Below are positions 37,605 through 48,469 of a stretch of DNA of 64,000 nt, one piece after another. Origin of the DNA: Bacteroidota bacterium (GTDB lineage: Bacteria > Bacteroidota > Bacteroidia > Chitinophagales > Saprospiraceae); NCBI GenBank assembly GCA_024642705.1, contig JAHEAQ010000007.1, positions 14,204 through 78,203 of the forward strand. Direction: 5' to 3'. Position numbers and translations under genes: made by a program. The notes below the pieces were generated by a model. That model saw only the letters and a program-made list of their open reading frames with translations. It had not been told where the DNA came from and ran no database searches. Positions within the stretch are counted from its first letter, which is position 1. Every line of letters starts with the position of its first letter.

Positions 37605-39329
37605 ATGAGTATTCAAATTTGGTCATATATTATAGTAGGTCTTTCATTTGCACTTTACATTGGTATTGCTATTTGGGCAAGAGCCGGAACAACTAAAGAA
37701 TTTTATGTAGCAGGAGGAGGAGTTCATCCAGTACTTAATGGAATGGCAACAGCAGCGGATTGGATGTCTGCAGCATCTTTTCTTTCAATGGCAGGTCTAA
37801 TCTCATTTATGGGTTATGATGGTTCTCAGTATTTAATGGGCTGGACAGGTGGATATGTATTATTAGCTTTAATGCTCGCGCCATATTTAAGAAAATTTGG
37901 ACAATTTACAGTCCCAGATTTTATTGGAGAAAGATATTATACGCAGACAGCTAGGATCGTCGCAGTTGTGTGTGCTTTATTTGTTTCTTTCACCTATGTA
38001 GTAGGCCAAATGAAGGGAGTTGGAGTTGCCTTTTCTAGATTTCTTGATGTTGATTTTGGAACTGGAGTATTAATTGGTTCTGGAATTGTCTTTTTTTATG
38101 CAGTGTTAGGAGGTATGAAAGGGATTACTTATACCCAAGTAGCACAGTTCTGTGTGTTGATATTTGCGTTTACCATTCCAGCAATATTTGTTTCAATTCA
38201 AATGGTTAACAACCCTATTCCTCAATTGGGAATGGGAGGTAATCTTGCCGATGGGACAGCTATGCTTGCTAAACTTAATCAACTTTCTACGGATTTAGGC
38301 TTTCATGAATATACCTCAGGAAATAAACCTAGAATCGATCTTTTCTGTGTTACTGCTGCATTGATGCTAGGCACCGCAGGATTGCCTCATGTTATTGTAA
38401 GATTTTTTACTGTTCCAAAAGTCAAAGACGCAAGAAAATCAGCAGGTTGGGCACTACTTTTTATAGCTATATTATATACTACTGCTCCAGCAGTGGCTGT
38501 TTTTGCTCGTACCAATTTAATAACTAGCATTGATAATGTGCCATATGATAATGTCCCTTCTTGGTTTAAAAGTTGGGAAACGACTGGATTGTTGGCTTTT
38601 GAAGATAAAAATGGAGACGGCAAAATTCAATATTACAATGACAGCAATTCTGATTTTGTTAACAGTATTGCTGACTCTAAAGGTTGGCAAGGTAATGAAT
38701 TGGTTACATTTGATCAAGATATTGTTGTATTAGCAAGTCCTGAAATTGCTAATTTACCTGCATGGGTAATTGCTTTGGTTGTTGCAGGTGGCCTTGCAGC
38801 AGCTTTATCAACAGCAGCAGGTTTATTATTAGTGATTTCAACCTCCATTTCGCATGATTTATTGAAAAAATGGTTGATTCCTAAAATATCTGAAAAAAAT
38901 GAACTAAGAGCTGCCAGAATTTCCATTGCTGTTGCGGTGGTGGTTGCAGGATATGCTGGTTATAATCCACCAGATTATGTAGCGGCAATCGTCGCTTTTG
39001 CTTTTGGTTTAGCTGCTTCATCCTTCTTCCCAGCAATAATAATGGGAATTTTTGACAAGAGGATGAACATGCAAGGCGCAATTGCAGGAATGATTATTGG
39101 TTTAATATTCACAGCATCTTATATTATTTATTTTAAATTTGGAGGAGGAACTCCAGATCAATATTTTTTACAAATTTCACCAGAAGGGATTGGCACTGTT
39201 GGTATGATTATCAATTGGACTGTCTCAATGATTATTAGTAGATTGACACCACCGCCTCCTTCTGATGTGCAAGAAATGGTGGAAAGTATAAGAATTCCTC
39301 GTGGAGCAACAGGTCCAAGTTTACATTAA
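37605..39329 (+). CDS. Sodium:solute symporter family permease (acetate permease ActP-like)
   Basis: 13–14 TM helices, SSS-family signature regions, and an embedded hydrophilic loop. It sits upstream of acs. Confidence 0.85.
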   Translation: MSIQIWSYIIVGLSFALYIGIAIWARAGTTKEFYVAGGGVHPVLNGMATAADWMSAASFLSMAGLISFMGYDGSQYLMGWTGGYVLLALMLAPYLRKFGQFTVPDFIGERYYTQTARIVAVVCALFVSFTYVVGQMKGVGVAFSRFLDVDFGTGVLIGSGIVFFYAVLGGMKGITYTQVAQFCVLIFAFTIPAIFVSIQMVNNPIPQLGMGGNLADGTAMLAKLNQLSTDLGFHEYTSGNKPRIDLFCVTAALMLGTAGLPHVIVRFFTVPKVKDARKSAGWALLFIAILYTTAPAVAVFARTNLITSIDNVPYDNVPSWFKSWETTGLLAFEDKNGDGKIQYYNDSNSDFVNSIADSKGWQGNELVTFDQDIVVLASPEIANLPAWVIALVVAGGLAAALSTAAGLLLVISTSISHDLLKKWLIPKISEKNELRAARISIAVAVVVAGYAGYNPPDYVAAIVAFAFGLAASSFFPAIIMGIFDKRMNMQGAIAGMIIGLIFTASYIIYFKFGGGTPDQYFLQISPEGIGTVGMIINWTVSMIISRLTPPPPSDVQEMVESIRIPRGATGPSLH

Positions 39330-39340
39330 AAATTTAAAAA

Positions 39341-41236
39341 ATGACCCATCAATTAAAAGATTTACAAGATTACAAAGAAACTTATGCAAGGAGTATCAAG
39401 GACCCCGAAGGCTTCTGGGCTGATGAAGCAGCAACTTTCAAATGGCATAAAAAGTGGGATAATGTTTTATCCTGGGATTTTGTAAAACCTGATGTTAAAT
39501 GGTTTGAAGGAGGTAAACTAAATATTACAGAAAATTGCTTGGACAGACACATTGCGGAAAGAGGAAATCACACTGCATTTTTATGGGAACCCAATGATCC
39601 AGCTTCTCCTTCAGTTCATATTTCCTATCGTGAATTGCTAGAAAAAGTATGTCAATGTGCCAATGCGTTGAAAGAACTTGGAATTAAAAAAGGGGATCGT
39701 GTAGTTTTTTATATGCCAATGGTACCCGAACTTGCAATTGGAATTTTAGCTTGTGCTAGAATTGGCGCCGTTCATTCCGTAGTATTTGCAGGGTTCTCAG
39801 CCCAAGCATTAGCCGATAGGGTAGATGATGCACAAGCAAAAATGATTATTTGTTCTGATGGAAATAATAGAGGAAACAAATTAATTCCAGTGAAACAAAT
39901 TGTGGATGATGCATTAGAAATTTCTTGTCAGTCCATTGAACATGTTTTAGTTCACAAGAATACTAGGACCGATGTTAATTGGAACAATCAGATCGATATT
40001 TGGTGGCATTCAGCTGTAGACAAACAATCCGTAACCTGCAAGCCGGAAATTATGGATGCCGAAGATCTACTTTTTATACTTTATACTTCAGGTTCAACTG
40101 GAAAACCGAAAGGAGTTGTTCACACCTGCGGTGGTTATATGGTATATGCATGTTCTACTTTTAGGAATGTTTTTCAATATCAGGATGGGGACATTTATTG
40201 GTGCACAGCGGATATTGGTTGGATAACAGGACATTCCTATATAATTTATGGTCCGCTTTTATCTGGAGCAACAAGTCTTATGTTTGAAGGAGTGCCCACT
40301 TATCCTGATGCAGGAAGATTTTGGCAAATTTGCGAAAAACATAAAGTCAATCAATTTTATACAGCTCCAACGGCAATTAGAGCCTTAATGGCTCAAGGAA
40401 ATGAATGGCCTGATAAATATGATTTATCTTCAATCAAGTTGCTTGGTTCTGTAGGAGAACCAATAAATGAGGAAGCTTGGCACTGGTATGATGAACACAT
40501 TGGAAAAAAGAATTCACCATTAATTGATACATGGTGGCAAACTGAAACTGGAGGAATTATGATTACTCCTTTGCCTGGTATTACAGATACAAAACCTACA
40601 TTCGCGTCTTACCCATTACCTGGAATCCAACCTGTGCTGATGAACGCAGATGGAACAGAAGAGAAAAATAATAATGCGGAAGGTTTGTTATGCATTAAGT
40701 TTCCATGGCCTGGAATATTAAGAACTACTTATGGAGATCATGAAAGGTGTAAATTAACATATTTTTCAGCATTTAAAAATATGTATTTCACTGGTGATGG
40801 CGCTAGGAGAGATTCAGATGGAAGGATTCGAGTTATAGGAAGAGTTGACGATGTGATTAATGTTTCCGGCCACAGAATGGGTACAGCGGAAGTCGAAAAT
40901 GCAATAGATGAGCACCCAGAAGTTATCGAGTCAGCAGTAGTAGGTTATCCCCACGATATAAAAGGTCAAGGAATATATGCTTATGTTATAGTTAGCCATA
41001 ATGCAAGTAATGATATCATTAATGAAATTAGAAAAGTAGTTACCAAAGAAATTGGTCCAATTGCTAAGCCAGACAAAATCCAAATCGTCAGTGAATTGCC
41101 AAAAACCAGATCAGGTAAAATCATGAGAAGAATATTAAGAAAAATTGCCTCTAATGAATTGGACACTATTGGAGATGTTTCTACTTTAGTAAATCCAGAT
41201 GTCGTAGACGAAATTATAAAAGGTGCTCCAATATAA
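39341..41236 (+). CDS. acs: Acetyl-CoA synthetase (acetate–CoA ligase, AMP-forming)
   Basis: YTSGSTGKPKGV AMP-binding motif, WWQTETGG, lysine-containing PKTRSGKIMRR C-terminal motif. 631 aa. Confidence 0.95.
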   Translation: MTHQLKDLQDYKETYARSIKDPEGFWADEAATFKWHKKWDNVLSWDFVKPDVKWFEGGKLNITENCLDRHIAERGNHTAFLWEPNDPASPSVHISYRELLEKVCQCANALKELGIKKGDRVVFYMPMVPELAIGILACARIGAVHSVVFAGFSAQALADRVDDAQAKMIICSDGNNRGNKLIPVKQIVDDALEISCQSIEHVLVHKNTRTDVNWNNQIDIWWHSAVDKQSVTCKPEIMDAEDLLFILYTSGSTGKPKGVVHTCGGYMVYACSTFRNVFQYQDGDIYWCTADIGWITGHSYIIYGPLLSGATSLMFEGVPTYPDAGRFWQICEKHKVNQFYTAPTAIRALMAQGNEWPDKYDLSSIKLLGSVGEPINEEAWHWYDEHIGKKNSPLIDTWWQTETGGIMITPLPGITDTKPTFASYPLPGIQPVLMNADGTEEKNNNAEGLLCIKFPWPGILRTTYGDHERCKLTYFSAFKNMYFTGDGARRDSDGRIRVIGRVDDVINVSGHRMGTAEVENAIDEHPEVIESAVVGYPHDIKGQGIYAYVIVSHNASNDIINEIRKVVTKEIGPIAKPDKIQIVSELPKTRSGKIMRRILRKIASNELDTIGDVSTLVNPDVVDEIIKGAPI

Positions 41237-41398
41237 AGGAATATGAAATGAAACTTTGCAAATAAAAATTAGGTTTTGGTAGAATAGACTTTAATTTTTA
41301 TATTTAACCTTGTGGACTTTTGAATTCAGATAATTTTGTTGAAGCAATTCCATCATAAAGATACTTTTGACTTTTCATTATTATATATAATGAAAAAT

Positions 41399-41435
41399 AA
41401 GCGTGAGGGATGAGGGTCCTTTACGCTTTTTTTTT
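41399..41435. terminator. Terminator between the convergent acs operon and plsC
   Basis: Stem aagcgtgaggga / tcctttacgctt (two mismatches) followed by a T9 run on the plus strand, with a T-rich stretch on the minus side as well. Confidence 0.5.
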
Positions 41436-41455
41436 AAATTTTTCTTTTTACTGAA

Positions 41456-42196
41456 TTAGCTAAGCCCTAATTCTGTATTAATTGCATCTTTTGCTGCTTG
41501 CACGATTTCCTCATTGTTCATATTTTCGGTTTTAATAGGTTCGAGGCAAGTCCAAGATAATTTACTAAAACTTGTGAGAGGGAAAATTCCTTGAGGATTA
41601 AATGCCCCAGTATTGCGTATTGCAATTGGAACAATTATAGCTTCAGGGCATTTTTTAATTAAAATAGAAATGCCGCCAACTGCAAACTCTTTTAATTTGC
41701 CATCTCTACTTCGTGTTCCTTCGGGGAAAATAGTAGCAGAAAAATTATTTTCACAAATATAACTTCCGAAACGGCTTATTTCAGTTATGGCTTGTTTCCT
41801 ATCCTTTCTATCTATCAAAGCTGCGCCAGCTTTTCTTAGATTATAAGAAATACTGGGGATTCCTTTTGAAAGTTCTATTTTGGAGACAAATAAAGGCGTA
41901 TGTTTTCTTAAATACCAAATAATTCCAGGTATGTCAAACATGCTCTGATGATTTGCAATAAAAATTATGCTTTTGTTTATTGGCAATTTTTCCTTTTGAT
42001 TGAACCTGATTGTTGTTCCTGTTAGTAACCAACCATAACAAATGCAAAAGTTTAGGGCATTTACTGTTTTTTGGTGGGCTTTTTTGCCAAATAAATTAAA
42101 TGCAAGAAATTGAATCCCGTGGAAAACAACTAGGATCAATCCAAAATAGACAAGGTATACACCACTCAAAAAATAATCTAGAATTTTCTTCATCAA
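41456..42196 (-). CDS. plsC: 1-acyl-sn-glycerol-3-phosphate acyltransferase (lysophospholipid acyltransferase)
   Basis: HX4D motif NHQSMFD, FPEGTRS motif, N-terminal TM. Confidence 0.75.
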   Translation of the reverse strand: MMKKILDYFLSGVYLVYFGLILVVFHGIQFLAFNLFGKKAHQKTVNALNFCICYGWLLTGTTIRFNQKEKLPINKSIIFIANHQSMFDIPGIIWYLRKHTPLFVSKIELSKGIPSISYNLRKAGAALIDRKDRKQAITEISRFGSYICENNFSATIFPEGTRSRDGKLKEFAVGGISILIKKCPEAIIVPIAIRNTGAFNPQGIFPLTSFSKLSWTCLEPIKTENMNNEEIVQAAKDAINTELGLS

Positions 42197-42444
42197 GCTG
42201 TTTATATATTTAAATAATTCCCAAAAATACCATAAAAATGATAGTGTTATTACCGAATGAGTAATTTAAAATCCCTTTATTTATCGCGAAAGTTAGAACT
42301 TTATCAAATTATTTTCGGAAAATATTTTTATATATTAAACATATTTAATATATTTACACTTCTATATCCCAATAGATTATAAACTTCCTGAGAAAATAAA
42401 GATATTAAAACTGATTTATTTTCATTCCAAAAACTGATTTTAAG

Positions 42445-45400
42445 ATGAAAGCACTATGCCTTCAACTAAAGGTTGCTATTTATGCAATCTTCACTCTCAA
42501 AGTAGAATTTTGCAATTTATTATTTGCAAATTCTTTTCATATAAATGCCATTTTAAAGAATGAAGCTTGGCTTAGAAGCAAAAAGACGTGCAGTAATTTT
42601 GTAATTTTTCTAATTTTCTTTTCTGTCAATCTAACCCAATCCATCGCTCAACCAACTCATCCTTGCTATTCTGAAGACAAACAGCCAAATTGCACAGCAA
42701 ACGAATTCACTGTACAAAGTGTATTTTTAGCAATTGATGAAAATGGAACGCCTTTATCTCAAAGCGCTTGCGATAACGTTTCTTCAGTTTTAACTTATTT
42801 GTGCGTAAAGGTTAAGAATGAATCTAATAGCGATAGGGAAGGATTTTATATTGCTGGAGAATTTACGACTGGCAATTCAATTCACACTTTGGATTATTGT
42901 TTTGAAGAAACAATGATTTCTTATACTGAGATAACTTTATGCACTCCATATCCCTCAGCATTTGTTTGGAACTGTTCGAATAATATTGAGCTGACAGGAT
43001 CTCTAGCAATTTGGCCAACAGCTTCTGGAGAATTATGTCCAGGCAATGTAATGGATTGCGATGTTACAAATAAAGCGAAATGTAAAAAAGAGTCGGCGAT
43101 AATCGTTGATATGAATCCTTTAAATGCTGAATTTGAAGGGGAATGTGACCAAAATAATGAATTACAAGTTAATTTTACAAACACTACCGCAGGAGGAACC
43201 CTTCCTTATATTGATTTTGCATGGGATTTTGGGGATTGTGAAGGAACATCAAATGAAGAGAACCCAAGTTATACATATGCAAGTGAAGGCATTTATTACG
43301 TCCAATTGATTGTAACGGATTCAAATGAAAATAAAGATACCACCATTCAATTACTTGATCTTTCAAATTGTTCTATTTCCAACGATTTTCCAATTGATTT
43401 TGAATGTAACCCTAACATCACCGTTAATTTAGAACCTTGTGTTTGTGAAGATGTTGTGGAATTTAGGGATCCTATAATTCCAGATTTTTGCGGTGATTTG
43501 AATGATATTACTATAAATAGAACAGATAATAGTGGTTTGAATTCGGGCGATATTTTTCCTGCTGGAACCACAACTATTTCATATGAAGCAATCGATATTT
43601 TTGGAAATACAGCCAATTGTTCTTTTAACATTATACTAAAATCAAGCGATCCAGGGAGTCTTTTTTGCAATGGAGATCAAAACATTTCTCTAGATGAAAA
43701 CTGTCAAGCAGAAATTTCACCGGATATGGTTGTAAAATCGCCCAAATGTGATATTGAAACTTACGTTATTACACTGTTCGATGAATTTGGAAATGAACTT
43801 CCTGACAATATCATTCCAAGTGAATTTTTAGGTAAAGTAGTTACTGCGCGGGCAACTTATGGATGTTTTAATACATATTGTGAAGTATTCCTAACCATTG
43901 AAGACAAAATGCCGCCTACTTTTGATTGTACAGATATGACGGTAAGTTGTGGAGAGGCGATAAATTTCCAATTGCCAGAAATAAAAGACAATTGCGATAA
44001 TGCAAGCATTGTTTTGTTAAATGAAGTTATCACGGATGTTTCTTGTGAGAATGAATTTATTGATAAAATAGTAACTAGAACCTATGGCATAAAAAATGGG
44101 TTTGGAATGCAGATTGGATCATGTGATCAAAAACTCAATGTGATGAAGTTTGATATTGAAGATGTAGATGCGCCTGAGCAAAATGTTTCTGTCTATTGTG
44201 GTTTAGATTATCCTACAGATGAAAATGGACATCCTGATCCAGCATTAACTGGAGCACCATCATTAGATGGGGTTGACCTGTGGCCACAGCAAGATATTCT
44301 ATGTAATGTAGCTCTTTCTTATACAGATAGGGTATTACCTAGTTCGCCATGTTCAAAACAAATTATAAGAGAATGGACTGTATTAAATTGGTATTGTGGT
44401 TCTGATGGCATGGAAAATTACATTCAGAAAATTACTTTAATTGATACGGTTCCCCCAATGATTTCTTGTCCATCAAATGTTACCATTTCAAGCGCATCAA
44501 TGAGCTGTGAAACAACTTATTCAATCCCAACCATTCAAGGACAAGATGCTTGTCAGTCTGAAATCTTTGTTGATATTGCATATCCAGGCGGATTTGCACA
44601 AAATTCGAATGGACTTGATGTCGAATTACCCCTTGGAGAAAATGAAATAACATATAGAGTGAGGGATATTTGCGGTAAACAAAGCTCTTGTTCTTTTATT
44701 GTTACGGTCAATGATAACGTTCAACCAGTGGCAATATGCGAAAGCGGGCTTAGTTTTAGTTTAGGGGGCGATGGATTAGCAATACTCAAGGCAACAACTT
44801 TTGATAACGGCAGTTTAGATGAATGCGGTTTAGCTACTGTGGAAATAGCAAAAATGACTGACAATTGTGGAATAGAAGGGAATACTGAATTCGGCTCAGA
44901 AATAATATTATGTTGTGAAGATGTTGGAAAAGAAGTAATGGTCATTCTAAAAGTAACAGATGAGTCAGGAAATTCCAGCCAATGCATGTCAAGCATTACT
45001 GTAATTGATCTTGCAATTCCAGTTGTTCTTACTGATTTGCCAGATATTACTGTAAGCAATGATTTGCAAATTGATACAGCTAATTTGTCGGTCTTTGGAT
45101 TTGTAGAAATAAATACAGATGAACCAGAGCCAATTGTAATTGATGCAATAAGTGTTAATTTTAGTTCTAGTGCTCAAAATGGAGTAGTTTTAGATAATTG
45201 CGATAATGCCATTGTGTTCGAGACACAAACTTCTTCTTTTGACATGTGCGGTCTCGGAACAATCTACAGAAATTTTGAAATTACAGATGCATATGGGAAT
45301 TCCACGACAATAGATCAAAAAATTACTGTGGTATTAGCAATACCCTTCACTGAAGAAAACATCACATGGCCCGATGACATTACTTTAAATAATGTTTGTT

Positions 45401-47430
45401 CGCCTGATTTAGATCCAATTTCTCTCAATTCAATCCCACTGTATGATGAATCTTTTAATTATAGAGTAAGTTATACCAATGAGGACGATACATTGTCTGC
45501 AAGCAATAATGGTTGTTTCGTAGTTGAAAGAAAATGGTTTGTCTCTGACTGGTGTAATCGAGTCAATGGAGCATCCTTTATAGTTTTTAAAGACACTCAA
45601 CTAATCCATATTGTCAATAACATATCTCCGGTAATTATTTCAAGTTGTCAAGATTCGGTGATTTGTTCTTACATTTCAAATTGTGGACCTCATCCGATAT
45701 TACTTTCAGCAGAAGCCATGGATGATTGTACTTCAGAAGAAAATTTAATATGGACCGTTCAAGTTGATTTTGGAGATGATGCTACGATAGATTTTGAAGG
45801 TTATTCTAATCAGATTGCTTTAGATTTACCAGTTGGGTTAAATAAAATTACATGGATTGTAGATGATGGATGCGGGAACATTACCCGATGTTCGTATCAT
45901 ATAGAAGTAGAAAGCTGTTTGAATCCTCAACCTTTTTGCTTAACAGGTCAAGAGTTTTATATTAACCCTATAGATACTTCTGGAGACGAAATTGCAGATA
46001 TTGAAGGCGTTCGATTAACAACAGATATGATAGATGGAGGTAGCAAACATCCATGTGGTAAAGAAATAAGTCTTAGTTTTTCGGCAGATGTGAATGACAC
46101 AGTCAAAATATTTGAATGCTTAAATATTGGGTCAAATCCAGTTATGTTGTGGGCTACAGATTCTGATGGAAGATCTGATTTTTGCAATGTTTTTGTAACC
46201 ATTTTGGACACTAGTTCCATGGCTTTTTGTCAAGGTGTTAACATCAATGGAATTATTTTTGGCAACCAAGTTGACTTTGTTAAAGAGGTCAATGTTGAAT
46301 TGTTTGGGGCTGATGCTTTAAGCACAACAGATGAAAATGGATTCTTTTCATTCCCAAGTATGCCACTAGGAGGTTCATATAATATTGTTCCGAAGAAAAC
46401 AGACGAAGCAATTAACGGAGTTACTACATCAGATTTGGTTTTGATTCAAAGACATATTTTGAATATAGATCCTTTCGAATCACCCTACAAGCTAATTGCA
46501 GCGGATGTAAATCAATCCCAAAGTGTAACAGCTGCGGATCTTATAAGCATCAGAAAATTGCTTTTGGGAAGAATCAATAATTTTGATAATAACAAAACTT
46601 GGGCTTTTATTCCAGGTGACTTTATTTTCATTGATCCGGATGATCCTTGGGCATCTGAGGTGCCAGAAATTTATGAGATTCCAATATTAGAAAACAATAT
46701 GGAAGTAGATTTTATTGGGGTAAAATTAGGTGACGTCAATGAAAGCATAGATTTGAACAGTATCTACAATGCTTCAAGATCAGTTGAGTCATTGATTTAC
46801 ACCAGAGATAAAGAACATAAAAACAAAGTAAATATTATTGTGGACGAAGAAATGAAGATTGCCAATATGTTATTAGAATTGGAGTTTGATTCTAACCAAT
46901 ATTTATTACTTGGTGCTGAAAATAAAATTATAAATATGGAATTTGATTATTATCAATTGAATCCAAATACTGTCAGAATATTACTTAGTGATTATCAAAA
47001 CAGAAAAATCGAGAAAGGAGAAATTCTCTTTAGTTTAGAATTTAAGGATGAAGTAAAATTTGAAGATTTCAAATCTTTTAATTTGAATTCTAAAGTTTCA
47101 GAAATTGCATATGAAGATGGATCCTCATCTGAAATTAAATTGCGTTTCCAAAGTAGTGAGAATCAAATTCAAATATTTCAAAACAGTCCAAATCCTTGGA
47201 TTGAGTACACTAATTTTGAGGTTTATGTCCCAGATTATGATTTAGCTAGATTCAAAATAACAGATGTTTCAGGAAAGCAAATTATTTCGAAAAATTTAGA
47301 ATTAAAAGCTGGGTACAATACGGTCAAAATTCTGAAAAATGAGTTGCCTTCAAATGGTGGTTTATTCTTTTATGAAATAAGCGGCAAATTTGGACATCAG
47401 ACTATGAAGATGATGCTTCTAAATCATTAA
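42445..47430 (+). CDS. Giant secreted multi-domain protein: PKD plus several HYR (hyalin-repeat) domains, carboxypeptidase-regulatory-like domain, dockerin-like module and T9SS type-A C-terminal sorting domain
   Basis: PKD block FAWDFGDCEGTSNEENPSYTYASEGIYYVQLIVTD; HYR-type blocks D.VPP.I.CP...; GFFSF prealbumin-like; dockerin-like DVNQSQSVTAADLISIRKLLLG; C-terminus FQNSPNP...KITDVSGKQI...GGLFFYEI is a Por_Secre_tail-type CTD. The N-terminus is atypical: a signal-peptide-like segment KKTCSNFVIFLIFFSVNLTQSIAQ lies about 50 codons after the first ATG, so the true start is uncertain. Confidence 0.8.
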   Translation: MKALCLQLKVAIYAIFTLKVEFCNLLFANSFHINAILKNEAWLRSKKTCSNFVIFLIFFSVNLTQSIAQPTHPCYSEDKQPNCTANEFTVQSVFLAIDENGTPLSQSACDNVSSVLTYLCVKVKNESNSDREGFYIAGEFTTGNSIHTLDYCFEETMISYTEITLCTPYPSAFVWNCSNNIELTGSLAIWPTASGELCPGNVMDCDVTNKAKCKKESAIIVDMNPLNAEFEGECDQNNELQVNFTNTTAGGTLPYIDFAWDFGDCEGTSNEENPSYTYASEGIYYVQLIVTDSNENKDTTIQLLDLSNCSISNDFPIDFECNPNITVNLEPCVCEDVVEFRDPIIPDFCGDLNDITINRTDNSGLNSGDIFPAGTTTISYEAIDIFGNTANCSFNIILKSSDPGSLFCNGDQNISLDENCQAEISPDMVVKSPKCDIETYVITLFDEFGNELPDNIIPSEFLGKVVTARATYGCFNTYCEVFLTIEDKMPPTFDCTDMTVSCGEAINFQLPEIKDNCDNASIVLLNEVITDVSCENEFIDKIVTRTYGIKNGFGMQIGSCDQKLNVMKFDIEDVDAPEQNVSVYCGLDYPTDENGHPDPALTGAPSLDGVDLWPQQDILCNVALSYTDRVLPSSPCSKQIIREWTVLNWYCGSDGMENYIQKITLIDTVPPMISCPSNVTISSASMSCETTYSIPTIQGQDACQSEIFVDIAYPGGFAQNSNGLDVELPLGENEITYRVRDICGKQSSCSFIVTVNDNVQPVAICESGLSFSLGGDGLAILKATTFDNGSLDECGLATVEIAKMTDNCGIEGNTEFGSEIILCCEDVGKEVMVILKVTDESGNSSQCMSSITVIDLAIPVVLTDLPDITVSNDLQIDTANLSVFGFVEINTDEPEPIVIDAISVNFSSSAQNGVVLDNCDNAIVFETQTSSFDMCGLGTIYRNFEITDAYGNSTTIDQKITVVLAIPFTEENITWPDDITLNNVCSPDLDPISLNSIPLYDESFNYRVSYTNEDDTLSASNNGCFVVERKWFVSDWCNRVNGASFIVFKDTQLIHIVNNISPVIISSCQDSVICSYISNCGPHPILLSAEAMDDCTSEENLIWTVQVDFGDDATIDFEGYSNQIALDLPVGLNKITWIVDDGCGNITRCSYHIEVESCLNPQPFCLTGQEFYINPIDTSGDEIADIEGVRLTTDMIDGGSKHPCGKEISLSFSADVNDTVKIFECLNIGSNPVMLWATDSDGRSDFCNVFVTILDTSSMAFCQGVNINGIIFGNQVDFVKEVNVELFGADALSTTDENGFFSFPSMPLGGSYNIVPKKTDEAINGVTTSDLVLIQRHILNIDPFESPYKLIAADVNQSQSVTAADLISIRKLLLGRINNFDNNKTWAFIPGDFIFIDPDDPWASEVPEIYEIPILENNMEVDFIGVKLGDVNESIDLNSIYNASRSVESLIYTRDKEHKNKVNIIVDEEMKIANMLLELEFDSNQYLLLGAENKIINMEFDYYQLNPNTVRILLSDYQNRKIEKGEILFSLEFKDEVKFEDFKSFNLNSKVSEIAYEDGSSSEIKLRFQSSENQIQIFQNSPNPWIEYTNFEVYVPDYDLARFKITDVSGKQIISKNLELKAGYNTVKILKNELPSNGGLFFYEISGKFGHQTMKMMLLNH

Positions 47431-48325
47431 GTTTTAAAGAAAATAAATAATATCTATAAAAATCAAACAAGTACAGATTAGGATTCTTAGAATTAAGATT
47501 CTTCAGAATGTAGTCTTTTTTTCGTTCAACAATTTTGTGTAAAAAGCTGTTAAAACCAATTTTTTTTATTTTTTCATGAAATTGAATCATTCTTGTATCA
47601 TTAAGTTGACCTTGATGGTATAAAATTGCCAGATTTTCTGTCGCAAGCTTAGTCTTTTGAAGAAAATCTTTATTGGATTCTAACCCTTTATGAATGAGAG
47701 GATTCTCAATGTGATCAATGGGAATTCTCTCATTTTTAAGGGCTTCTGCAAAAACCAAATCTTCATAACCATAATTCAATATTTTCTCATCAAATGGGAA
47801 TTTTAACAAAATGTTCCTTGGGGCCATAAAATTGTTGGTCTGAAATGATCTGTATGGATGATTTTTCCTTTTTGTCAATGAAATAGATTCTCTTTTCTTT
47901 CCAAAATTCCAATGCAAATTGTGTTCTATATTGTCAGGAGGATAAGCATAATATAATCTACCGCCAAATACTATTTTTGTTTTCGAAATCTTTTCGACAT
48001 ATTTCTTGATGTAATCTTTTGTGATCACTTCGCTATCGCAATCTAGAAAGATTAAACTGTCATATCGCGCATTTCGTGCCAACAAATTCCTGATTTTAGA
48101 TCTTCCTTTGTTTTCACTCAATTCAATATAGGAAATGCCAAATTCTTGAGAGATGATTCGATTTAAATCCTTGTATTCTAATTCTGAACCATCATCATAA
48201 CAGACAATTTCAAAAACTATCTTTAAATCTTCACATTGTTTTTTGAGTTCAAAAACTAATGAAGTAATATCATAATTGTAAATCGGAATAAGTATTGAAA
48301 TCATATTTTGACAATAGGATGCCAA
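47402..48325 (-). CDS. Glycosyltransferase family 2
   Basis: ISILIPIYNYD N-terminal GT2 motif, DxD (FLDCDS). The 3' end overlaps the end of the giant gene by 29 bp (convergent). Confidence 0.7.
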   Translation of the reverse strand: MASYCQNMISILIPIYNYDITSLVFELKKQCEDLKIVFEIVCYDDGSELEYKDLNRIISQEFGISYIELSENKGRSKIRNLLARNARYDSLIFLDCDSEVITKDYIKKYVEKISKTKIVFGGRLYYAYPPDNIEHNLHWNFGKKRESISLTKRKNHPYRSFQTNNFMAPRNILLKFPFDEKILNYGYEDLVFAEALKNERIPIDHIENPLIHKGLESNKDFLQKTKLATENLAILYHQGQLNDTRMIQFHEKIKKIGFNSFLHKIVERKKDYILKNLNSKNPNLYLFDFYRYYLFSLKLNDLEASSS

Positions 48326-48469
48326 TTTACAAACTATTTTAAGGTCTGCAACAGAAGCTAAAATATATTCTTTGTTCCATATTCAAGTTTTCTAATAAAT
48401 TATAAGACAGGTTTCTAGATTAAAAATTCCATTTTATACCAATTCCATGGCAATTGTTAATTTTGCATT

